Below are positions 9,455-18,893 of a stretch of 64,000 nt of DNA, one piece after another. Below the pieces are notes generated by a model. That model searched no databases. It saw only the letters and a list, made by a program, of their open reading frames with translations, and was not told the DNA's origin. Position 1 is the first letter of the stretch. Each line of letters starts with the position of its first letter. A program made the position numbers and the translations under genes. The DNA is taken from the NCBI GenBank assembly GCA_031409655.1, contig JANNXQ010000130.1:11130-75129 (forward strand), written 5' to 3'. The DNA is from Chthoniobacteraceae bacterium (GTDB taxonomy: Bacteria > Verrucomicrobiota > Verrucomicrobiia > Chthoniobacterales > Chthoniobacteraceae).

Positions 9455-10894
9455 ATGACAATCAAGCACAGCCATCCCATACGCCTCGTGTTTCCCGGCA
9501 TCCGGCGGACTCGCGCTCAGCCCTCCTCACTCCCGGACGCCGATCCCCACTCTGGTCGTCCAGGGTGCGGCGGGCGCAAAAGCAAACTCCTGGCAGCAGT
9601 GCTCTCCTTCGCCGGCTTGCTGATGCCGCCAGTCGGCGCGCAGGAAGCGACGGCTTGGGCTGTTACCGCGAAGACCGCTCCGGCGGGGTTGCTCGATGTC
9701 GCATTGACGAAGCGCCAAGCCCTTTTCTTCACCCAGCAGCAGGTGGGAGGAAAGGTGATGCCCTTGGTTGGATTCTTCATTGGTGCCGACGGGCTGGCCT
9801 TGTGTCCTCTGACTCCGCTTTCTTGGAAGACAGGTCCGAGGTTCGGGATGGATGACGGGGAAAAGACCTGGCTCCCGCGCCCTGCGGTGCTCGCCGTGTT
9901 TCCCGAACAGGAACTTGCTTTGGTGAAATTCGCCTTCAAGCCGAAGACATGGCTGAAGATTTCCAAAGAGCCAACGCCCGTCGGCACCTGGGTGGCCGTG
10001 CTTTCTCCGTCTTTTGCTCCGAATCCCGTCGTGGGCCCCATCCTGGCCCATCGGGAAATAACCTGGTCATCGCCATTGCTTCCACCGCGCCCACCGGTAA
10101 AGAAGTTCAGCTTTGCCGCCGGTCGCAGTCCCAGCATTGAGAAGGTATTCGTGGCAGGTGCGCCCCTGCTTGACGCGCGCGGGGAAGTCGTGGCGGCATT
10201 CTCCGGATCCCAGCCGATGCCTGGCCAGACTTTGAGAACAGCCAGTCCCCTTGCGGAGTTGCCGATGCGGATTCAGGAGGCTGTCAAGATGGGGAAGCCA
10301 CTGAAGCTTCCGCTCTCCGCCAAGGACTTGCAGTTGGATCCGGCTGCCTTGAGCGAGGAGAATCGCGCGATGGAAGCTGCTCAAATGGAGGGGAACTTCG
10401 CGAAAGGCATGCAGCAAGCGAAAGCACTGGTCGCCAAGTTTCCTGACAGCCACTACGCGCGAACCTCGGAATATGGTTTTGTCTCGAGGGAAGTTGATCT
10501 TGGGGAGGTCAGTGCGCAGGAGTTGGTCGAACTCGCGCAACAGTTTAAGCTTCAGGAAAATGACCCCCCATGGGAAAAGGCCGCCTATTACAGCCGCCTC
10601 GGTGAAGCCCTCGGGCGTGCGAATCGCGTGGACGAAGCAATCGCCCCTTTACAGAAAGCCGACGAACTGTGGCCGCAGCAAATGGCGTGTATGAGCCTGG
10701 CAGTTCTCTTCGAGAAAAAGGGCCAATTGGAAGAGGCCGAGCGTTACTGGTGGCGTGCCACCAGTCTGGATCAGGAGCGAATCGAGTATTGGAACCGACT
10801 CAGCCTGGTCCTTTCAGCACGCCTCAAATTCAAAGAAGTGAGCGAAGTGTCGGATCGTGTCCGCTTCCTCGAGGACCTTTATAGAAGGCGCTAA
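9455..10894 (+). CDS. Secreted trypsin-like (degenerate) domain plus TPR protein
   Basis: Signal-like segment, then GFFIGADGLAL, ELALVKF and AGAPLLDARGEVVA (trypsin-fold motifs lacking catalytic His/Ser), then C-terminal TPR repeats. GC is visibly lower than in the neighbouring genes. Confidence 0.6.
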   Translation: MTIKHSHPIRLVFPGIRRTRAQPSSLPDADPHSGRPGCGGRKSKLLAAVLSFAGLLMPPVGAQEATAWAVTAKTAPAGLLDVALTKRQALFFTQQQVGGKVMPLVGFFIGADGLALCPLTPLSWKTGPRFGMDDGEKTWLPRPAVLAVFPEQELALVKFAFKPKTWLKISKEPTPVGTWVAVLSPSFAPNPVVGPILAHREITWSSPLLPPRPPVKKFSFAAGRSPSIEKVFVAGAPLLDARGEVVAAFSGSQPMPGQTLRTASPLAELPMRIQEAVKMGKPLKLPLSAKDLQLDPAALSEENRAMEAAQMEGNFAKGMQQAKALVAKFPDSHYARTSEYGFVSREVDLGEVSAQELVELAQQFKLQENDPPWEKAAYYSRLGEALGRANRVDEAIAPLQKADELWPQQMACMSLAVLFEKKGQLEEAERYWWRATSLDQERIEYWNRLSLVLSARLKFKEVSEVSDRVRFLEDLYRRR

Positions 10895-10967
10895 ATCCGG
10901 CGGTGAAAACAAAGTGACAGACTAAACTGCCAGGAGGTTGCTTTTCCGTAGCCGCGAGGGGCGTACA

Positions 10968-11228
10968 ATGATGCAGATCAATAGTCACCCGCAAGGCTTC
11001 ATCCTGCGGCAAGGCTGGGCGGCGCTCGACTTCGGCGGGGAGCGCGAGATCGCGCACCTGCACCGTCTGACAACGCAGACCCCGGCGTTCTTCGATGAGA
11101 CGGTGCGCCGGCATGTCGAGGCGATCGAGAAGGAGATGATGACGCTGCAAACGCAGGCGGAGGAACTCGCCAAGGAGATCGAAGACCTCACCGGGGATTC
11201 CCCGCTCGGAAGCGGCTGGATGGCATAA
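10968..11228 (+). CDS. Small hypothetical protein with a coiled-coil end, possibly a truncated remnant
   Basis: Host-like codon usage and an amphipathic helix (EAIEKEMMTLQTQAEELAKEIEDL). Confidence 0.4.
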   Translation: MMQINSHPQGFILRQGWAALDFGGEREIAHLHRLTTQTPAFFDETVRRHVEAIEKEMMTLQTQAEELAKEIEDLTGDSPLGSGWMA

Positions 11229-11271
11229 GGGAGAGCTGGTCGAGCCAGCGACCGCCGTCCGTCTGCCTCAC

Positions 11272-12627
11272 TCACCACTTCGTGAGCTGTTCCGGGAAGC
11301 GGCAGTGCTGGCAGTCGCTGGCGTCGCGCAGGCAGAAGTCTTCGTAGATTTGCAGCAGGCCCTGCTGGGCAGCGGCGGTTTTGAGGAGTTCGTGCTGCCG
11401 CGGGCTGTCGCTGAAGAGGCGTTGGGCGGCGATTTTCACGCGTTTGTTGCCAAGGCCGGCGGGGACGTTTTTGCAGCCGATCCAGCGGCGCGGGTCGGCG
11501 GTGATGGCCAGCGGGTAGAAGACGTTCATGAGCATCTCGGTGACGCGCGATTCACCGACGAGGGCCATGCGTGTGGCGGAGGGTTTCGAGGTCACGGTGT
11601 AGTGCGCGTCCCAGTATTCGTCGCGGAGTGCGGCGAAAAAATCCTGGAGCGCGCGGGGCTCGCAGGCCTTGGCCAGCGTGCGCACTTTTGGCCAGTGCTG
11701 CACCAGCGCGGCGAGGGCGGCGAGACGGCGCTGGGGATGATTCACGGGGCGTTGGCCGCCAAATTTCCACAGCTTGGGCGCGATCGTGAACCGCTCGAAT
11801 TCCGCGCGGCGCGGCCACCACTTTTCCCACAGCTCGCGGAGATACGAACGCGTCGGCGCATCGAACTGGCGCAGATCGCTCGCGGGCAGAAAGCCCGCGA
11901 CGCCGAAGAGCAGCGCATCCGCATCGCCCTTGCGCAGGAGGCGCAGTGGGAGGCGCTGCGCGAGCAGGGTGAAGGGGAGCTTGTTGTTCTTGTAGCCGAG
12001 CGTGGCCGCGAGCGCCTGGTAGAGCGCCTCGTCCGGGCCGTGCAGTTCACCGAGCCGGGCGAGCGCCGCGCCTTTGCGGCCGAGGCGATACTGCGCGGCC
12101 CCGAGCAGGACCTCGCGTGCTTTTTCCGCGGGCAGATCCCGCAGCGGACCCACACACCGCCCGGGCTTGGCCTCGGGTTGCGGATTCGGGATCGCGGCAG
12201 TGAGCGCCTGCACGTCGAGCAGCACTTGCGGGACGAGACGGTGCCGCGCGGTGCGGGTGAAAAACTCGGCGTCGCCGCGCTCCGTGAAGAGATGCAGCAC
12301 CACACCCTCGTAGGCAGGATTCTCCGCGTGCCCGTGGCGTTCCCAATCGCGCGCCTCGGGATCGAGTTCGATGGCCCCGCGCACCGACTCGCCGCCGTCG
12401 AAGGCCACCGCCGCTTCCGCGAAATCCGGCCCCGCCTCGCGATTCCACACGCCGAACTGCACCACCCGCACCGCCGCGCCGCTCGTGGTCGTGAACTCCC
12501 GCCCGAAGTCCCCCGCAAACCAATGCGCCTGCAGTTCCAACTCTGGCAGGTGCCGCGGCACCCGGAGCAGCGGCTCCTCCCGCAGCGCGGATCCGCGCAG
12601 GGTGGCGTAGCGTTCCGCGGCATTCAT
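11272..12627 (-). CDS. DUF2851 family protein
   Basis: WNREAGPDF, WERHGHAENPAYEGVVLH, LGYKNNKLPF, RPVNHPQRRLA and a C-terminal QQGLLQIYEDFC...CQHCRF. Confidence 0.85.
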   Translation of the reverse strand: MNAAERYATLRGSALREEPLLRVPRHLPELELQAHWFAGDFGREFTTTSGAAVRVVQFGVWNREAGPDFAEAAVAFDGGESVRGAIELDPEARDWERHGHAENPAYEGVVLHLFTERGDAEFFTRTARHRLVPQVLLDVQALTAAIPNPQPEAKPGRCVGPLRDLPAEKAREVLLGAAQYRLGRKGAALARLGELHGPDEALYQALAATLGYKNNKLPFTLLAQRLPLRLLRKGDADALLFGVAGFLPASDLRQFDAPTRSYLRELWEKWWPRRAEFERFTIAPKLWKFGGQRPVNHPQRRLAALAALVQHWPKVRTLAKACEPRALQDFFAALRDEYWDAHYTVTSKPSATRMALVGESRVTEMLMNVFYPLAITADPRRWIGCKNVPAGLGNKRVKIAAQRLFSDSPRQHELLKTAAAQQGLLQIYEDFCLRDASDCQHCRFPEQLTKW

Positions 12628-12813
12628 ACGAGCTCCCTCCGCACGTCGAAAGCCGCAAGCAGCAAAGGGGGGAGGCGGATTTTCATGGGACCTTCAGTCA
12701 GCCGGATTCGGCACCGATTGAAAGGTGGAAAGCAGGCGCGATCCACCGGGGCGCGCGCAAACTTTTTCGCTGCGCGCTCGTCGCGCCACCACGCACGCCT
12801 TATCCCTTTAGCC

Positions 12814-14049
12814 ATGTCCGCGTCGGCACTCCCACTCGCTCTCCAGTCGGCGCAAGTCCCCTGGCTGGTCTGCGGCGCGCTCGGCCTTTACCTGCTCGCG
12901 CTCTTCCTCCATCCCGCGCGCTCCAGTCTGCGCGATGGCCTGCGCGCGATCCGTCGGTATCCCATGCTGTGGATGCCGCTCGGCGCCTTCGGTTTTGCCT
13001 ACGCGCTCTTCCAACTCGCCCAGCGCTGCTACTTCTATGGCGTACTGCCGGCGGCGGATCGGCCCGTCTTCCAGTGGCTGCGCCCGGCGGGATCGCTCTG
13101 GCAGCTCCCGCCCGGCGCCTTCGCCGAGAGCGCGCGCGACGCCCTCCTGCCAGCGCTCGAAAATGTCGCCGGCATCTTCAACAACCTCGTCTCCACTTTC
13201 CCACTCGCCGCCGTCGCCGCCGTGTTCCTGCTCCTGAATTACGACGGCCACCACGGCGTCCTCTGGCGCGCGTTGCGCCATCGCTTCGACGGCCGGGCCA
13301 TCCTCGTTTACAGCGGCATCCTCGCCTGTGCGCTCGCCGCGCTGGCCAAGCCTTTCCTCTACGTCATCGCCCGCCATATCGATGGCGAACTCTGGTTCCA
13401 GTGGTCGCCCGTCGTCGTGTGGTTCGCATTCCTCTTCGAATATTTCTTCGGCGTCTGCGTGCAGCTCTACCTCATCCTGCTCGCCTATTGCTGGGTGCGC
13501 GGCATCAGCTTTACGCACCAGCACCTGCTCGACTTCGCCATCCGGCGTTTCAGCTTCGTGGTGAAATGGGCCGCGCTCGTGACGGTCTTGAGCAGCCTCT
13601 TCATCGATCTCCCGCTCATCCTGAAAAACTTCGCGCCGTTCGCAAAATTCTTCACCAGCGAAGGCGCCCAGGTGGACTTTCGCCTGCGGCTCGCCCGCTC
13701 GATCCTCACCGGCTTCCTCCTCGTCTTCTCGACGATGCAGATCACCCTCACCTTCCACAGCGAATCGCTGCGCCACGCCTTTCACGATCACCTCCAGTTT
13801 CTCCGTCGCCACTGGTGGCCCTTCTCCTGGTTCCTGATCGCCGCGGCGTTGCATCTCTTCGCGCTCGAGCTGCTGCATCTCACCGTGCGCGCTGGATTTG
13901 GCGAAGGCACCGCCGCGGGAATTCTGTGGCAGCTTCTCTTTCCTTGGCTTGCCGCGATCGTCGCCGCGTGGTTGCTCGCGAGCTGGGTCTGCCTCTACAA
14001 ACGCTGCGACACCGGCCGCCGCGCGAATGAAAACTGGATCGCCTTCTAA
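12814..14049 (+). CDS. Polytopic membrane protein of unknown function
   Basis: The 3' part of ORF 11305..14049, starting at ATG 12814 (MSASALP), with multiple hydrophobic helices. Confidence 0.75.
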   Translation: MSASALPLALQSAQVPWLVCGALGLYLLALFLHPARSSLRDGLRAIRRYPMLWMPLGAFGFAYALFQLAQRCYFYGVLPAADRPVFQWLRPAGSLWQLPPGAFAESARDALLPALENVAGIFNNLVSTFPLAAVAAVFLLLNYDGHHGVLWRALRHRFDGRAILVYSGILACALAALAKPFLYVIARHIDGELWFQWSPVVVWFAFLFEYFFGVCVQLYLILLAYCWVRGISFTHQHLLDFAIRRFSFVVKWAALVTVLSSLFIDLPLILKNFAPFAKFFTSEGAQVDFRLRLARSILTGFLLVFSTMQITLTFHSESLRHAFHDHLQFLRRHWWPFSWFLIAAALHLFALELLHLTVRAGFGEGTAAGILWQLLFPWLAAIVAAWLLASWVCLYKRCDTGRRANENWIAF

Positions 14050-14151
14050 CCCAACGCTACGAACTGACCGCGCCGCATCGCTTCTTCCTCTTCCTCCTCC
14101 GTCCACCCACAGCCCGATGATGACGATGATGCTGCTGAGACGCACTCCACC

Positions 14152-14841
14152 GTGACTCCCGCAAATCCACCCGCTCTCGAACTCCGCAACGTCACCCATG
14201 GCGGCGTGGTGCGCGACGTCAGCGCGAGCTTTGCACCCAGCAGTTTTCACCTCCTGCGCGGCGACGCGGAGAGCGGGAAAAATGGGCTGCTCCGCCTTCT
14301 CGGCTTGCTGGAACGCCCCGAGCACGGCGAGGTCTTGCTCCACGGCGTCCCGACCAGTGCCCTCGACGAAATCGCCCACACCGCCTTGCGCGCCCGGGAG
14401 TGCGGCTTTGTCTTCGCCGCGCCGTTTCTGCTCGGGGGATTTACGGTCATTGAAAATGTCGCGATGCCGCTTTTCAAGGTGTCGCAAGTCGGGCCCGAAG
14501 CCGCGCGGCGGCGGACGGTCGCCGTGCTGGAGTTCGTCGGCCTCGCCGAAGCCATGGAAGCGCCCGTGGCGGAACTCCCGCCCGATGCTCAGCGCCGCGT
14601 CTCGCTCGCCCGCGCTTTGGTCAATGAGCCCGCCGCCGTTTTCGTCGAAGACCTCGATAGCGGTCTCGATCCCGCCCCCCTCGGCGAGTTCACCACGCTC
14701 CTCCGCCGCGCCTGTGAACGCTACGACCTCGCGGTGATCGCGAGCGCTTCCGCGGACTGTCCGCGGCAAGCGCACGATCGCGTGCTCGACCTCGTCGCCG
14801 GGACGATCCGCAGCGACTCGGAAGCCTTGCGGGCCTCGTGA
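14152..14841 (+). CDS. Degenerate LolD-like ABC ATPase
   Basis: An ABC fold is evident (LLGLLERPEHGEV, GFVF, TVIENVAMPL, RVSLARALVNEP), but the Walker A/B, signature and H-loop motifs are degenerate. Confidence 0.75.
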   Translation: MTPANPPALELRNVTHGGVVRDVSASFAPSSFHLLRGDAESGKNGLLRLLGLLERPEHGEVLLHGVPTSALDEIAHTALRARECGFVFAAPFLLGGFTVIENVAMPLFKVSQVGPEAARRRTVAVLEFVGLAEAMEAPVAELPPDAQRRVSLARALVNEPAAVFVEDLDSGLDPAPLGEFTTLLRRACERYDLAVIASASADCPRQAHDRVLDLVAGTIRSDSEALRAS

Positions 14842-15677
14842 ACGCCACGGCCCCGAGCGCCGCGGAGATCACGCGCGCCAGCAAATCGAATCTCGCGCTC
14901 GCTTTCATCGCCCTCCCGCGCGACCGACGCGCCGACATCACGGTCTTTTACGCATGGTGCCGCGTGATCGACGACATCGCCGATGATCCCGGCCAGACGG
15001 AGACGGCCCGCCGTGCCGACCTCGATCGCTGGCGCCGCGCGTTGCTCGAACCGATAATGGACGAACCCGCACTCGCCGTGACCGTGCGTGCGCTCATTTC
15101 CAAATACCAACTCACCGTCGGACACTTTCACGAGATCATCGCAGGCATGGAGATGGACCTCGATCGCGTGACCTTTGAGACGTGGGAAGACCTGCGCCTC
15201 TACGGCCATCGCGTCGCCAGCGTCGTCGGGGTGATCAGCGCGGCGATCTTCGGGGCGCGCGATCCCGCTGCTCGCCAATACGCGCTCGACCTTGGCCTCG
15301 CGCTGCAGATCACCAATATCCTCCGCGATGTCGGCGAGGACTTTGCCAACGGGGGCCGCATCTACCTCCCGCGCGCAGAAATGGAGCGCTTCGGCTACCC
15401 GACCGCCGACCTCGCTGCCTCGCGCCACAATGCCGCTTTCCTCGCGCTCATGGACTTCCAGGCGCAGCGGGCGCTCGACTTCTATCGCGCCGCAGCCACC
15501 GGCCTCCCAGAGGCCGAGCGCAAGACGATGGTCGCCGCTGAAATCATGCGCGCCATCTATTCGCGCCTGCTGGAGAAAATGCAGCGGGATCGTTTCCACG
15601 TCTTCGGCCACCGCTACCGCCTGACGCGTCCGCACAAGCTCGCCCTCGTCGCTCGGGAAATGTGGCGGTGCCGGTGA
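14838..15677 (+). CDS. hpnD: Squalene/phytoene synthase family protein (presqualene diphosphate synthase HpnD-like)
   Basis: SKSNLALAF, CRVIDDIADD, GMEMDL, ALQITNILRDVGED and GRIYLP. Confidence 0.8.
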   Translation: MNATAPSAAEITRASKSNLALAFIALPRDRRADITVFYAWCRVIDDIADDPGQTETARRADLDRWRRALLEPIMDEPALAVTVRALISKYQLTVGHFHEIIAGMEMDLDRVTFETWEDLRLYGHRVASVVGVISAAIFGARDPAARQYALDLGLALQITNILRDVGEDFANGGRIYLPRAEMERFGYPTADLAASRHNAAFLALMDFQAQRALDFYRAAATGLPEAERKTMVAAEIMRAIYSRLLEKMQRDRFHVFGHRYRLTRPHKLALVAREMWRCR

Positions 15678-15769
15678 ATCCTTGACCATCACCGCGCGCA
15701 TCTCCGGAAAGAGCCCTCGAAGAGCACCCACTTGCACCCCGTCTCAAACCAGCCTAACTCACCCGACCC

Positions 15770-16180
15770 ATGAAACGATTCATCCCCGCCGTCTCTGCCT
15801 CGCTCCTCATCGCCCTTACTTTTTCCGGCTGTGAAACGTCCGGCCAAAGCGCTCTCGCCGGTGCCGCCACGGGCGCGGCGATCGGCGGCCTGCTCCACGG
15901 TCGCGGGGATCAAGCGCTCCACGGTGCGGCGATCGGCGCCGGCGCGGGTTACCTGCTCGGCAAGGTCGCGCAACGCCAGCGGGAAGATGCTTATCAGCGC
16001 GGCTACTACGAAGGCGGCGGCTACCGCGGTCAGACCCGCTACCCCATGGGTCGATTCACGGATCAACGCGGCTTTGTCCGCAGCCCGTATCGCCCGTATC
16101 ACGTCATCGACGTGCGCGACATCCCGCCAGGCGCTCAGGTCATCGACCCGAGCTGCGAGCAGATCTTCATCAATCCGTAA
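15770..16180 (+). CDS. Glycine-zipper lipoprotein
   Basis: Lipobox FSGC followed by GAATGAAIGG and GAAIGAGAGYLLG. Confidence 0.8.
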   Translation: MKRFIPAVSASLLIALTFSGCETSGQSALAGAATGAAIGGLLHGRGDQALHGAAIGAGAGYLLGKVAQRQREDAYQRGYYEGGGYRGQTRYPMGRFTDQRGFVRSPYRPYHVIDVRDIPPGAQVIDPSCEQIFINP

Positions 16181-17717
16181 GTCGGCCGCGCAGCGCGTCC
16201 ACTTTCGCCCGCACCGCGGGGTCCATCTTGACTAACTCCGGCCACGCGCGCGGATAACCCTCCGTCGCCAATTTGCGCGTCGCATCGATCCCCATGTGCG
16301 AGCCGATGCATGGGATCGTAGGCGCGTGATCCAGCGCATCGCATGGGCTTTTCACGAAGGTCGAGTCGCGCTGCGGATCGGTATTCGCACACATGCGGAA
16401 GAGCACCTCGCTCGTGTTATGCACGTCGCAGTCGTCATCCACGATGACGATGTATTTGGAAAACATCATCTGCCCCATACCCCACAGGCCGTGCATGATT
16501 TTGTAAGCCTGCCACGCGTACTGTTTGCGGATGCTCACGACGACGAGGTTGTGAAAGACGCCTTCCGCCGGTAGCGCCATATCCACGATCTCCGGGAAGT
16601 TCATCCGGAAGACGGGCAGGAAAACGCGCACACTCGCCGTGCCCATGTAGAAGTCCTCCATCGGAGGAATGCCGACGATCGTGCAGGGATAGACCGCGTC
16701 GCGCCGGTGCGTGATCGCGGTGAGGTGGAAGACCGGGTAATCATCGACCGGCGTGTAGAAGCCAGTGTGATCGCCGAACGGCCCCTCCGGCCGCGTCTCG
16801 CCGGGCTGCACGTAACCTTCGAGCACGATGTCCACGTCCGCCGGCACCTCGAGATCCACGGTTTCGCACTTCACCAGCGGCACCGGTTTCTTGCGGATGA
16901 AGCCGGCGAAAAGAATCTCGTCGAGCCCATCCGGGAGTGGCGCCGTGGCCGCGAAAGTGTACGCCGGATCGCCCCCGATCGTCACCGCCACCGGCATCCG
17001 CTCGCCACGCTCGTAGTATCGCTTCCCATGCCGTGCCCCGACTTTATGCACCTGCCAGTGCATCCCGGTGGAACGGTCATCATAGACCTGCATTCGATAC
17101 ATCCCGAGATTCCGCTCCCCGGTATCCGGATCCGTCGTATGCACGCAGGGGAAAGTGACGAAGCGCCCACCATCCTGCGGCCAGCATTGGAGGATCGGCA
17201 GATCGAGCAGCGTGGGATGAAAGGATGAAGGATGAGGGATGAAGGATGAATCCTCCGACTTCCGCGCACCTTCATCCTTCATCCTTCCGCCTTCATCCTT
17301 TGGCGCAAAGCGCACCACCACTTCCTTACAAGGCCCATCGGAGACCCGCTTCGGCTTCGCATTCAGCAGATCCAGCCCCTGCATCGCCAGCGTCCACGCA
17401 TGCTTCAGTGAAGTGGGCGGCTTCGCCTTCAAGATCAGCTCCATCTGCCGCATCAGCTCATCGATGTGCCCGAGCCCCAGCGCCTGCGCCATGCGCTTGG
17501 TCGAGCCCATCGTATTGATCGCCAGTGGGAACTTCGACACCGCGCCATGCACCGTCGGCTTTTCAAAAAGCAACGCCTTGCCGCCACCCGGCGACTTCAT
17601 CTCGCGATCCGCATACTCCGTGATCTCCAGCTCCGTCGCCACTGGCTCACTCACCCGCCGCAATTCCCCTGCTCGTTCGAGAACGGTGAGGAAATCGGAG
17701 AAGGAATTGAAGGCCAT
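16170..17717 (-). CDS. ubiD: UbiD-family prFMN decarboxylase (menaquinone-pathway MqnL-like)
   Basis: RNLGMYRMQ, EGPFGDHTGFY, VGIPPMED and GIDATRK. Contains an in-frame repeat insert. Confidence 0.9.
   Translation of the reverse strand: MAFNSFSDFLTVLERAGELRRVSEPVATELEITEYADREMKSPGGGKALLFEKPTVHGAVSKFPLAINTMGSTKRMAQALGLGHIDELMRQMELILKAKPPTSLKHAWTLAMQGLDLLNAKPKRVSDGPCKEVVVRFAPKDEGGRMKDEGARKSEDSSFIPHPSSFHPTLLDLPILQCWPQDGGRFVTFPCVHTTDPDTGERNLGMYRMQVYDDRSTGMHWQVHKVGARHGKRYYERGERMPVAVTIGGDPAYTFAATAPLPDGLDEILFAGFIRKKPVPLVKCETVDLEVPADVDIVLEGYVQPGETRPEGPFGDHTGFYTPVDDYPVFHLTAITHRRDAVYPCTIVGIPPMEDFYMGTASVRVFLPVFRMNFPEIVDMALPAEGVFHNLVVVSIRKQYAWQAYKIMHGLWGMGQMMFSKYIVIVDDDCDVHNTSEVLFRMCANTDPQRDSTFVKSPCDALDHAPTIPCIGSHMGIDATRKLATEGYPRAWPELVKMDPAVRAKVDALRGRLTD
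17214..17301. repeat. GGATGAA/TTCATCC inverted heptamer repeat inside ubiD
   Basis: 33 nt (17218-17250) are identical to 38081-38113. The insert encodes KDEGGRMKDEG...SSFIPHPSSFHP. Confidence 0.9.
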
Positions 17718-17904
17718 GGGCAAACGCTAGGAGGATTCGCCGCCTCTTGGCGAGCGGATGCGCCACCCATCCGACGGGCGGCTCCTCGGCGGCGGCACTC
17801 TTTCCTCCGCGCTGAACACCGTCTCCGGCGGCGCGGGCATCGCCGCCGAAACTCCTCGATAAGCCACTCGCGCTCGCGGGAGCGGCGCGCTTATCATTTT
17901 GAAA

Positions 17905-18492
17905 ATGCTCCACGCTCGTTGCATCTACGCCATTCTCGCGCTGCTGCACGGCCCTGCGCTGGCGGCACCGCCGGTCATCAAGGCCAAGGTCGAGGAGCCG
18001 GTTTTGCAGGAACTCATGGGCGGGTGTTCGCTGAAGTGCGGGTTTGCTTGGCGCGTGGAAATGCAGTCTGCCGCGGGACAAAAGCCGGTCGCCGTGAAGG
18101 TGCTGAACGACGAGAACGCCGACACGGCCTGGGTCGCGCCCGAGGGGGTTTCGGGCGTGGGGGTGAAGTTGCGGCTGCTCTTTCCGAAGAAGCTGCGGAA
18201 GGAGGAGGAGGGGCAGATTCCGCTCTACGGGCTGGACCTCATCAACGGGGATTGGAAGACCGAGGAGCAGTGGAGGGCGCGCGGGCGGGTGAAGCGGGTG
18301 CGCCTTTATTACAACGAGAAGCCCTTCCGCGAAGTCGTCTTCGCCGACAGTCGCCGCTGGCAGCGCCTCACTTTCGACGACATCATGATCCGCTCCGGCG
18401 ACTCGCTGACCTTGGAGATTCTCGAAGTCTATCCCGGCGAAAAGGGCGCGGGCGCAGGCCTGGCGGAAATCGTCCTGCAAGGCGCGCACTGA
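17905..18492 (+). CDS. Secreted discoidin-like/NADase-type glycan-binding domain protein
   Basis: Signal peptide, LNDENADTAW, INGDWKTEEQWRARGRVK and LEILEVYPG. Confidence 0.65.
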   Translation: MLHARCIYAILALLHGPALAAPPVIKAKVEEPVLQELMGGCSLKCGFAWRVEMQSAAGQKPVAVKVLNDENADTAWVAPEGVSGVGVKLRLLFPKKLRKEEEGQIPLYGLDLINGDWKTEEQWRARGRVKRVRLYYNEKPFREVVFADSRRWQRLTFDDIMIRSGDSLTLEILEVYPGEKGAGAGLAEIVLQGAH

Positions 18493-18893
18493 ACTGACGG
18501 CGCGGTTTTTCGGCAGCGATCCTGCGTTCGCGCAGCAGGGGTGTGGCGCGGCGCGGGGGTCGCGGTGACCGGCATCTCCCGGATGCGCCCGGCGCCGCGA
18601 AGGGCGGCGCGCAATCCGGCCGGCTCGGCCTGCGCGAACGCACCGCCAAACTGTGTGGCCCTCGGTCAGTCGAAAGCACGCCTGGTCAGGGCACCGGCGC
18701 CCAGAGTCCGGGGAGAAGCTCATTTTCAGGTGCTTCATGGTATTCATGTAAGCAATCGGACGACATAAAAAGTCCTTGCGGACTAAGCGATTCGGGAGCC
18801 TCCTCTTCTTGGGAAGCACGGCCCGCAACTACTGCCGAAAGCGCGTGTTTCTTCAGCCCCCAGACGTTGACCCTCCGACACTCCCTCGCGCCT

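Noticed and set aside
8061..9458. 465-aa plus-strand ORF spanning the IS110
   Set aside because: It is an antisense shadow of the GC-rich transposase with no recognisable domain.
11305..14049. 914-aa ORF
   Set aside because: The 5' part is the antisense shadow of the DUF2851 gene; the real membrane protein starts at 12814.
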